NCBI GenBank assembly: GCA_964016885.1
Contig: OZ024740.1
Location: forward strand, 289,106,001 to 289,170,000
DNA length: 64,000 nucleotides
Source of the DNA: Eledone cirrhosa
Lineage: Eukaryota
Direction: 5' to 3'
Under the pieces are notes generated by a model that searched no databases, was not told where the DNA came from, and saw only the letters and a list, made by a program, of their open reading frames with translations. Position 1 is the stretch's first letter. Every line of letters starts with the position of its first letter. This document shows positions 53,295 through 64,000 of this stretch, one piece after another. A program made the position numbers and the translations under genes.

Positions 53295-53295
<1 letters not shown>
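53050..53295 (-). mobile_element. tRNA-derived SINE related to family B, with a different tail
   Basis: Minus strand reads GGAGGCACGTGGCCTAGTGGTAAGG...CCTTGAGCAAAACACTTCATTTCACGTTGCTCCAGT. Confidence 0.7.
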
Positions 53296-53335
<40 letters not shown>

Positions 53336-53623
53336 CGTGTGTGTGTGTGTGTGGAGGCACGTGGCCTATATATTAGAAAAAAAATTTCGTTTACATGTAC
53401 ATGATATTAATTGTGTATCGACCGTATTGAGTTATGGATCTGACTCCACTATCGATCTGCTCTTCAGACTGGCGATGTGACAAAACACGTGTAACAGGTC
53501 GATACACAATAAATATCATATAAATGTAAACGAAACTTACTCGTTTTTTTTCTAATATATACACTCTGCCTGTGCATAGAGTGCTTGCTTTGGTGCCAAC
53601 ACCCAGTAATTCACTGAAACACC

Positions 53624-53675
<52 letters not shown>

Positions 53676-53871
53676 CGAAGGAATTGTGGTAAGGAACCAG
53701 ATGGTCCATAACGCAATACTTAGGGTAGTAGAGTGGGTAATAGGAAAAGGTATGACCCCGACGGCAGAGCTCAAGCCGTTTCGACGGCTATTTCTAGTCC
53801 AGAAATAGCCGTCGAAACAGCTTGAGCTCTGCCGTCGGGGTCATACCTTTTCCTATATATATATATATATA

Positions 53872-54305
53872 TTAGAATTAGTGCTCCAAAATAGCGATAT
53901 ATATATATGAATGTATATATAGTGTATATTGCAATACACTGTATGCTTAATTAAAAGCATTTCGAAGATCTTATGCTATTGTTTTAGAGTAGTGACAGTC
54001 TCACTTACTTTACATTTTCAGCAAACAGGGGAGATAAAGCTGACAGAGCTCTGTTTCGTACTTTTTGGTACTTATCAAAGGTAACTACGCCACCTGTTTG
54101 CTAAAAATCATGAATGTTTGATTCTTATAGAATTCTAGTAATAATCAGAAACTGATTATACAGAGCGGTTGCCGGTCAAGCATAAATTGAAAGTTAGAAT
54201 TAGTGCTCCAAAATAGCGATATATATATATGAATGTATATATAGTCTATTTTGCAATACACTGTATGCTTAATTAAAAGCATTTCGAAGATCTTATGCTA
54301 TTGTT
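53872..54305. repeat. Further 1.3 copies of the ~323-bp hammerhead repeat
   Basis: Unit starts at 53872 and 54194. The minus-strand hammerhead at 54014-54108 has a TTGATAA core. Confidence 0.88.
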
Positions 54306-54384
54306 TATAGCATGACAGAGCTCTGTATATAGTATTAAAGTGGTTAGTCTGTAGACTAATAGAATCTCTATATATATCATATTA

Positions 54385-54595
54385 TTCTCCACGCCACCGA
54401 TGTTGTCCAAAGGAAAGGCAAAGGCTGATACAGGCAAGGCAAATGCCGATACAGCTTGCTGCAACTCATTTCTACAGCTGAATAAACTGGAGCAACGTGA
54501 AATAAAGTGTCTGAAACACAACGCATCACCTGGTCCAAGAATCAAATTCACAACCTCGCGATTGTAAGCTCAACGCTCTAACCATGCGCCTCCAT
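54385..54595 (-). mobile_element. SINE family B, partial
   Basis: Homologous to 24385-24712. Confidence 0.75.
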
Positions 54596-54691
<96 letters not shown>

Positions 54692-55124
54692 TCTCTGTGT
54701 GTGTGTGTGTGTGTGTGTGTGTATGAGAGAGAAAATAAAAGTAGCCGCTTCATGTAGGCTAATTCACCTTTATGTAAAGTGGATGTGTGTAATAAAAAGG
54801 AAAGAGACAACCTCCAGTTAGTTGTGTTCAACGTAGTCGATGGAGTTGTGTAACATAAATATCTTGATGATACAAGATGCGTCATCTAGTATGGTTCATA
54901 GGTTCCAAGGAGTATTCCACGAAGTAATATATTATAAACAGGATATCAGGAAAAATTAGTTAACATTTGCTGAAGTTCGAAGAAACATCTATTATACAAT
55001 ATGGTCTCAGTTTTCGTAGGCGAGTGCATAACTGTATTGAAACACGTGTTTCAGACGCTCTTGTTTAATAAATGTTTCTTCGATGTTCACAAATGTTGCC
55101 TCGTTTTTCGTGATATCTGATCCG

Positions 55125-55204
<80 letters not shown>

Positions 55205-55205
<1 letters not shown>

Positions 55206-57031
55206 GCTCTAGGGTCAAGGTGAACGGCTACCTCTCGGAGCCGTTCGAAATCGCGCGGTCCATCCGACAGGGGTGCCCTCTCTCCTCCCTTCTGTATGTA
55301 ATGACTCTAGAGCCACTGCTGCGGAAGTTGGAGTTGTTGCAGGGCATCCCGTTGGAACCGGGATTGCGGAAAGCGGTGTCAGCCTACGCCGATGACGTAA
55401 CAGTAATGGTGTCGACGGCCTCGGAAATCGGCGCGATCGGCACCTTACTGGAGGAGTACGAAAGGTTTACAGGGACTAAGCTGAACCGGGACAAGTCGAT
55501 CGGTCTGCAACTCGGTACGTGGAGGGGCAGATCGATGCCCTCCGATGGCGTCGTCGGGCGCTGGACGGAGGGCCCGGTGAAGTTGCTCGGGGTCTGGTTC
55601 GGACCAGACCTCCAGGTGGAGAAGAACTGGGGTGAGGTAACCAACAGGGTGTTTGCACTGACCCAGAAGTGGGCCGAGTGCAAACTGTCCCTGAAAGGTC
55701 GGGAGAAGGTGGCGAACACTTATATAGCGTCCGTCATCTACTACCGCCTGACCGTTGTGCCTTGCCCAAGGGAAACGCTCGCCCAAATGGAGCGCGCACT
55801 CTTCCAATTCCTTTGGAAGAAGCGGGCTCCTATGGTGAGAAGATCCATCTGCTGTCAACACCCTTCGAAAGGAGGGCTGGGGATGCCGTGGCTAATGATA
55901 CGTAAACACGCATTAAGGCTACGGCACCTTCAGGTATTCCTCTCCGGTCAACCGGTGTGGGCCCCGTTTGTGAGGCGAACCTTTCCCAGACTCGTCTCAC
56001 TCACCGAGCTGCAATCCTGGGTCAAGCAAAGACCGAGAAAACTGGGCGCCTGGCACACCGAGTGTGCCCAGGCGCTCACGGCTCTCTGGCAGGCGGACCC
56101 GGCTGTCAGTGGAGAATCCACCTCGTCATTCTATAGAGGGCTGGTGGTTAGCAGGTGCGATGACGCCCTCGGAGAAGCCCTAGGCATGGAGGAAGACGAA
56201 CTGGCAAACCTGTTCGGTAGGACATTCAGCCCGGAACCCATGGATAACTTCCAGAGGTCCCTGGCCTGGCAATGTTACAGAAGGGCTCTGCCCGTTCGAG
56301 AAAGGCTCTACAGACACGGGCGCCCGGGTAGGGACCCCTCGAAAAAGATCTGTCCCAAATGCGTGTGCGACGAGAAAACCGTTGCACACGCATTGGTACA
56401 CTGCTCGGGCATTGCCGATCTGTGGGGCTATGTCGAACAACTGCTGTCATGGGTGGGACCGATCCGGTTGACCACCGAGTCTATTGTAACGATCAAGCCG
56501 CCTCCCCTCTTCAAAAACGAAGAAGAGGCGGTGTTTCTGTGCGTAATAGCCATGGCGAAAGAGGTTGTATGGTGGACGCGTCTGAAAGGACTGAGGTCAG
56601 ACACCTTTCTCTCTGGCTAACAACTGGTCCGTTTCTTCCGATATCATTTCGGAAGAAGGATCAGAATGGAGAGAGAGGTGCTGCACCCCAGCCGTTTTTA
56701 TGAAAGATGGGTGAAAGTGGCGAGAATGGCCTGTGTGAATGGGCCTTCACTCTACATCAGACTATAGGTGAGGAAGATGAAAGACCAAGGGAACACCCCT
56801 TCTCTGTGCTCCTGAGGAAAAGGGTTGCACACTTTTTTTCGGGGGTGTGTGCGAACCCCCAAGGCGCCTCCTCTCTATTGAGGACTTTGTTATAAATTTT
56901 ATTTTTGTCATATTTTATTTTATTTTTATATATTGTTATTGCCACCTCCTTATTGAGGACGCCTTGTTTTGTAAACTCCCCCCATTGTACTTGTCCCACT
57001 TTTGATGCCCTGGTGGCAAATAAAAGAAACA
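55205..57031 (+). mobile_element. Tx1/L1-clade LINE copy A, 5'-truncated within RT
   Basis: ORF 55220-56620 contains RQGCPLS, YADD, GGLG and CPKC...H...HC, with a premature TAA. The 3' UTR has AATAAA, and (TATC)n lies on both flanks. Confidence 0.92.
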
Positions 57032-57066
<35 letters not shown>

Positions 57067-57540
57067 TTTCCTTTGTGTGATAGCTATGGCGAAAGAGGTT
57101 GTATGGTGGACAAGGTTGAAAGGGCTGAGGTCAGACACCTTTCTCTCCGGCCAACAACTGATTCTTTTTTTCAAATACCACTTTGGAAGAAGAATCAGGA
57201 TGGAGAGAGAGGTGCTGTACCCCAGCAAGTTTTATGAAAGGTGGGTGAAAGTGGCGAGAATGGCCCGAGTGAATGGGCCTTCTCTCTATATCAGCCTGTA
57301 GATTGAGGAAAAGGAGGAGGAGAGGAAAGGAGTACAAGCTCTTCGTACTCCTGGAGATGAGGGTTGCACATTTTTTTCGGGGGTATGTGTTACCCATATA
57401 AACTGTCTCCCTCTATTGGGGAAAATCGACTAACTTTTAAATTCCATCTGTGATAACATTTTACACGTTTTTATTGTATGTAAACTTCCCCCTTTGTATT
57501 TGTCCCCTTCTTTTGTGCCCCTGTGGCTAATAAAGAAATA
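57067..57540 (+). mobile_element. Tx1/L1-clade LINE copy B, heavily 5'-truncated
   Basis: Encodes the last ~78 aa (FLCVIAMAKEVVWWTRL...SLYISL*) plus a homologous 3' UTR. Flanked by (TATC)n. Confidence 0.9.
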
Positions 57541-57544
57541 TATC

Positions 57545-57639
<95 letters not shown>

Positions 57640-60600
57640 ATAACGTGTGGAATATCGCCGGTAAGTTTTTGTTAATTTCTATGCAAAAAACCGATCTAAT
57701 TGTTTGAAAAAAATACAACACTTTGTAGATTAACCCCCAAGCTGAATTGTCAGCTGGGTGGTAATCCCATTTTTCGCCCCTGTAGGGGCGAAAATTTTAT
57801 TTAAAAGTTTGTCTTAAAATATCCAATTTTACAAAGTAAAAAAACTTGAGCAACACTAGAACGCTGGAGAACGTTAATAGTGAAAGGAGAGAGAAAGAGG
57901 CAGATATTAACGTTATATCTGCTTCTGCTGCTATGGACGTTGCCATAGATACGGTCACAAAAGAAAAAAATATATCAACATTTGAAAATGTTACAATTTC
58001 TACCGCCGAAGCGGAGAAAAATGACAATAACACACGGGAAAACACGACAAAAAAACCCATTGACATACATACACATGAAAAAGACATCAACAACTCTACA
58101 GATACATCTACACATAAAATTTCCAACAACGATAACATCATTATCAACAACAACATCACACAAAAAAAGAAAATGTCTTTTGCTGACACAGTCAACAAGA
58201 AACAAGATTTTATAAATCTTGATATCTCCAACGCAAGAGATATGCTCCAGCAAGGGAGAAAATTTGTAACTTTCGAAGAAAGAGGTGGGTTTAGAATTAA
58301 CTCACCCCTTGAAATAAAGGAAGACACAAACCGCCGATCAGTCACTTTTAGGACTGTGTCAAATTCGTCAAGAAAACCGACATTTGTTAATCAGTCAGAT
58401 ATAGAAGATTCTTTCAAGGAGATTCTAGCAAATGTCGATTTTCTCCAGCAAGGAAAACAGTACGGAAGCGTTTCCGTACTGTTTAAAAGCGAGACACTGG
58501 CCCAAAAAAACTCTGTGACACCAATAGTGTCAAAAGCATACAGCTTTTTCCCTACATACATGGGGAAAAGGACACAAAAAATAAAAATAAAAAACATACC
58601 TCCAAGCATTAACATCTGGTGGATCTTGGCTGGCTTCGTAGAGACAGAAACAGACATAATACTTTCGATACGAAAATCCATTCGACAAAGGTAGGCGGGC
58701 ACCGATTTGGAGATTCTGTTGCAAATGAAACCGGAGAGAATCTCCAAAATACCCGAAAGAGTCGTTATTGATAATAACAACAAAATAAACATTTCGGTAG
58801 AAGGAAGAAAATTTCACTGCTTTCGCTGTGGTAGCACAGCTCACCTAAAAGCCTCTTGTCCACAAACACACAACAGCAACATCATAAAAAAAACGCTATT
58901 ACCAACACCAACACCAAAACAACCACCACCACCACCACAAGTACAACGACAGACGAAACGAGCAACCACACCAAAACAAACAACCACTCAACCAACAACA
59001 GAAAAAACAGAGACAACACCCCTGAAGAACACAGCCCCACGCCATCCCACTCCATCAAACACTAACACAAACACACACACCGAAACACCACCACCACCAC
59101 ACAACATACCCCTACCCCACACACCTGACGATGATTATTCATCGACGGATGAAGCTGCTTCTCCTTCTTTAAGTGAAGAAGAGGAAGAGCCGCGGAAATC
59201 CAAAAAACAAAAAAAAGAGACACCACAAAACCTCCAAAACTCCAATCACCAACACCAACACACAACCACAGACAAAAACAACAACACAAACAACACCACA
59301 GTCAAACATCCCCCTACCAGCAAAACCAACACCAACACCACCCCAAACACAAGCACCCACCATAAAAAGAAAACTCCCAGATGAACAACAAACTAAAACA
59401 ATACAACAAAAACACAAACAACAATACGCATACATCAACACAAACAACAAGAGTTTGATGGAGGTCATCTCCCAAAACCCCAAGGTGGAGACGGAGGGCA
59501 AAACTTTCGTCAAGGCAGAATCGTCTCCACACCTTAAACTTATAAGGGTTTCTATGGAAACCTATAATGACCTGAAAAATAAATTTTCACAGGACGTGGG
59601 CAACCCCTTGCAGAAACCCATCAACCGTCTCCTGTTAAAATGTTTCCCCACCCCACCCAACAGCCCATCCAGCACCCAAATGGTGATTGAACAACCTGAT
59701 CTCCAGGAAACGAAAAGGTAAGAGCATCTTTTCGTCCTTTTTCTCCAACTCTTCTTCACCAACATGGCTAGATTACGAGTTGGAAGGGTGAATGTGCGTG
59801 GCCTAGGGATGTCCTGGAAACAGGGCCAACTTTTAAACGACCTTAGGTCACACGGTATGGATGTGATAGCCATCACCGAGTCCAGGATCCACAACAGGCA
59901 GCAACTAACCCCCATTTTCGACGACTTTGAGATCTACGCATCTCTCTGTCAGCCAGGAGGTGGAGGGGGAGTGGCTGTCATGTTTCGGAAGAACCTGGAC
60001 GTCGAAGTACAGCAAGTACACTTGGACCCGGAGGGTAGACTGGTAGTCCTAGACGTGAACAGTATTGGAGGTGGAGCCTTCAGACTGCCGTTTATGCCCC
60101 GACCAGGCAATCGCAATCAAGGCCAGACTTCTTTAAGCGTCTAGAGTCTTTTCTGGGAACGTCTCGCTCCTTACTTTTAGTGGCGGACTGGAATGGTATC
60201 CTAGATGCACGATGGGACTATGTGGGAGCATGTCCCAGTAGAGGCGGGTGCAACAGCCTCAAAACTTTAATCGGCCAATTCCAACTGGCCGATAGGTATC
60301 GACTGGATTTTCCGACTGCACCACAGTGGACGTGGGCAAACTGCAACAATAAATGGTGGTACTCTCTCAAGAAAGCAATTAGAATAGAATCGATAGGGTT
60401 TAGCAGAGAGTTAGCCTTAGAGAAAAACAAAATAGAAAGAGAACTAGTAGCCAAGGTAGAGAAGGCACTTAGAAGTGGCAACGCGGCTAGAGTGTTAGCG
60501 TCGAGAACGGCACTGGACCAGTTCTTCGATGCGAAACACGAAGGCTGCGTGGTCAGAAGCAAAACACGTGCTCTAGGAAACGAAGGAGCGAAAGCTGTCA

Positions 60601-63189
60601 GCTGGGCCCGAATAGCGGAGGCGAAAAGTGGCAACAAGTCCACGATTCGGTCTTTGAAAAACCAAAACGGACGCGTGCTACTTGACCCCAAGCAAATGTG
60701 CGCGGCCTTTCAGCGGCACTTTGCGCAACTGTTTGAGCAGAACGATGGTGAGCCGAACGGGGCAATGGACTTTAGTTCATACCTCGACGGCCTGCCGCGT
60801 CTCTCGAACACGGACGCCGAGTTCTGCGAAAGACCGATCACAGACACTGAGATACGGGATGCTCTGGGCCGCTGCTGGAAACGCAAGTCACCCGGTCTAG
60901 ATAGTCTACCCTATGAGTTTTACATAGGCATGCCGGACTTGTTCTCTGGCGTCCTCGAAGCCGTCTACTGCAATTGTCAGCAGAACGGGAGAATTCCCAG
61001 TTCTGCAGGCAAGGGCGTAGTAACGCTGATCAGGAAAGACGAGAACAAGGGGGACGAAATTAACAACTTTAGGCCCATAACTTTGCTCAACACAGAGTTA
61101 AAGATTTTGGCCAAGGTGCTAGCGACGATGTTGGCGCTTGTCGTCGAGAACCTGGTAGGGAAAGCGCAAACGTGTACAATCCCGACCAGGTCCATATACG
61201 ACAACCTCCACCTCATGCGATACATCATAGAGAGGGTGGGTAGTAAACCCGGCTTCGGTGGGGCTCTGATCAACTTGGATCAGTCTAAGGCATTCGATAG
61301 GGTCGACCATCGATACTTGGAAGCGGTTCTCAAGGCGGCCTGTTTCGGTCCCATGTTCAGAGGATGGATCGAGGCGATGCACACCAGCATCTGCTCGAGG
61401 GTGAAGGTGAACGGCTACCTATCGGAGCCGTTCGCAATCACGCGTTCCATTCGACAGGGATGCCCTCTCTCCTCCATTCTGTATGTATTGACTCTAGAGC
61501 CACTACTGCGGAAATTGGAGCTGTTGCAGGGCATCCCCCTAGAACCGGAACTGCGCAAAGCGGCGTCGGCTTATGCCGACGACGTAACGGTAATGGTGTC
61601 GAGCACCTCGGAAATCGGGGTGATCGGCAACTTACTGAAAGAATACGAAACGCTGACGGAAGCAAAACTAAACCCAGACAAGTCTGTCGGTTTGCAACTC
61701 GGTACATGAAGAGGCAAACCGATGACATCCGACAGCGTCGTTGGACGCTGGACGGACGGACCGGTGAAATTGCTCGGGGTCTGGTTCGGTCCAGACCCCC
61801 AGGTGGAGAAAAACTGGAACGAGGTCACGGCCAAGGTGTTTGCACACACTCAGAAGTGGGCAGAGTGCAAACTGTCATTGAAAGGTCGAGCGGAGGTGGC
61901 GAACACTTTCATAGCGTCCGTCATCTACTACCGCTTGACTGTCGTGCCTTGTCCCCGTGAACACCTCGCCAAGATGGAACGCATGCTCTTCCAGTTTCTG
62001 TGGAAGAAGCAGGCTCCGCTGGTGAGGAGATCCGTCTGCTGTCAGCACCCTTCCAACGGAGGGCTGGGAATCCCGTGGCTGATGATGCGCAAACATGCGC
62101 TGAGGCTGCGGCATCTCCAGGTATTCCTCACCGACACCCAACCGGCGTGGGCACCGTTTGTGAGACAGGCTTTCCCACAGCTCGTCTCGCTAACGGAGCT
62201 GCAGTCCTGGGTGAAGAAAAGACCGAAAACGATGGGCGCCTGGCACATTGAATGTGCTCAGGCGCTCACAGTCCTCTGGCAAGCGGGCGCAGCAATCAGT
62301 GGAGACTCCACTTCGACATTCTATAGAGGGATTGTACGTTACAAGGGCGACGACGTGCTCGGAGAGACTCTGGGCGTCGAAGACGATGACCTCACCAGTC
62401 TGTTTGGTAGGACTTTCCGCTCGGGACCTATGGACAACTTCCAGAGGTCCCTGGCCTGGCAGTGCTACCGAGGAGTTCTACCGGTTCGTGATAAGATCTA
62501 CAGGCACGGACGCCCCGGCAGGGATCCTTCCAAGAGGACGTGTCCAAGATGTGCGCAGGACATTGAAACAGTTCTGCACGCAATTGTACACTGCCCGGGC
62601 GTAAGCGACCTGTGGAACTATGCAGAACAACTGCTGTCGCGTATGGGACAAATCCAGTTGACTGCCGAGTCCATAGTAAGGATCAAACCGCCAGCCTCTT
62701 TCAAAAACGAAAGAGAGGCAGTTTTCCTCTGTACGGTGGCTATGGTGAAAGAAGTTATATGGTGGACAAGGTTGAGAGGACTGAGGACAGATGCCTTTCT
62801 CTCCAGACAACAATTGATTCCCTTCTTTAAGTATCACTTTAGAAGGAGAATCAGGGTGGAGAGAGAGGCACTGCACCCCAGTAAATTTACTGAAAGGTGG
62901 GTGAATGAAGTGAAAATGGCCCGAGTGATTGGGCCTTCTCTGTTTATAAGCCTGTAGGTTGAGGAAGAGAGCAAAAGGAAGAAAGGAGCACTTGCAACAT
63001 GCTCCTGGAGTTGAGGGTTGTTCTATCGACGCGGTATTAAACAACCCATTTGTGGCGCCTCCCCCCTATTGGGGATTTCGATTGTTGAAATTGTTTGTTT
63101 TTATATTTTTTACGCGACTGTATGTAAAATCCCCGGCATGTCTTTGTATTGTCCCCTTTTCTTGTTGCGCCCTTGTGGCTAATAACGAA

Positions 63190-63190
<1 letters not shown>
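57640..63190 (+). mobile_element. Tx1/L1-clade LINE copy C, near full-length (ORF1 + ORF2), disrupted
   Basis: ORF1 pieces at 57846-59721 include a CCHC knuckle CFRCGSTAHLKASC. ORF2 from ATG 59764 has an APE start (NVRGL, ITES, GGVA, DWN), RT (DQSKAFD, RQGCPLS, YADD), TGA at 61707 and a C-terminal Cys/His motif, with its stop at 62957. Confidence 0.93.
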
Positions 63191-63237
<47 letters not shown>

Positions 63238-63238
63238 G

Positions 63239-63293
<55 letters not shown>

Positions 63294-63327
63294 GTCTATC
63301 TATCTATCTGTCTATCTATCTAGCTAT

Positions 63328-63625
63328 AAAGACTCCCCTCGGTCACGAATGACCATGGTATTTGCACCTAGAAAATTCACTTCCAAAGCACAAGTCCGAG
63401 CAAGTTTGTTTGTGGAAGATCAGCAGTTGCCCATATATACCAGTCTCCCCTCTCCACACCACTGACGTTGTCCAAGGGAAAGGCAAAGGCTGATACAGCT
63501 TGGCACCAGTGATGTCGCAACTCATTTCTACAACTGAGTGAACTGGAACAACGAGAAATAAAGTGTCTTGCTCAAGGATACAACGCATTACCCGGTCCGA
63601 GGAGCGAACTCACCACCTCACGATA
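63328..63625 (-). mobile_element. SINE family B
   Basis: Homologous to 24385-24712. Confidence 0.8.
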
Positions 63626-63737
63626 GATATATACACACACAAGAGATGTCAACACGAATGGACCTGTTATTTTTATCTAAAGACATTTTTCCCAATTTCA
63701 CCCCGCCCGTCCCTTCAATCTATCTTATTTCTCATTC

Positions 63738-63776
63738 TTTCTTCTGATGAAGGACTAGCGTCCGAAATGTTAAGAC
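63738..63776 (+). ncRNA. Minimal type I hammerhead (Penelope pLTR-type), helix III mutated
   Basis: TCTT-[CTGATGA]-a-GGAC tagc GTCC-[GAAA]-TG-[TT]-AAGA. Confidence 0.6.
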
Positions 63777-63858
63777 CTTCTTCCTGGTATTTCAAGCGTT
63801 GTTAACCTAATATACTCCTTCCATATACTGCACCGATTGTGTTGTTATTTCTGTTTAA

Positions 63859-63955
63859 ATACATACATACATACATACATACATACATACATACATACAT
63901 ACATACATACATACATACATACATACATACATACATACATACATACATACATACA
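63859..63955. repeat. (ACAT)n microsatellite abutting a LINE 3' end
   Basis: Direct inspection. It is followed by GGTGGCTGCCAACTCGT, as at 39890. Confidence 0.9.
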
Positions 63956-64000
63956 TGGTGGCTGCCAACTCGTTTTCAAGTACGGCCACTACTTTATGTC

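Noticed and set aside
55384-63044. Antisense and alternative-frame ORFs over the Tx1 copies
   Set aside because: They are shadow ORFs of GC-rich coding sequence with no recognisable domains.

Overview
AT-rich, repeat-dominated animal genomic DNA; the SINE, LINE and microsatellite content looks like a coleoid cephalopod, probably an octopod (inference). The only host gene recognised is the 3' end of a TTC7-family gene (two coding exons at 187-278 and 17155-17287, separated by a 16.9-kb intron). The rest is mobile DNA. It includes a Dong/R4 RLE-type LINE in (TAA)n, RTE LINEs, CRE-like fragments, two deleted LTR elements with tRNA-Trp-type primer sites, a Penelope-like element (RT + GIY-YIG), three stacked Tx1/L1-clade copies in (TATC)n, many tRNA-derived SINEs, piggyBac-like MITEs, mini/microsatellites and a 200-N gap. 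The most notable hidden signal is RNA structure. A ~323-bp tandem repeat family carries a complete type I hammerhead fold with a compensatory U3-A8 core (UUGAUAA instead of CUGAUGA). A separate array of canonical hammerheads lies in the Penelope terminal repeats, and several decayed minimal hammerheads are scattered elsewhere. Element boundaries were read by eye and are approximate.
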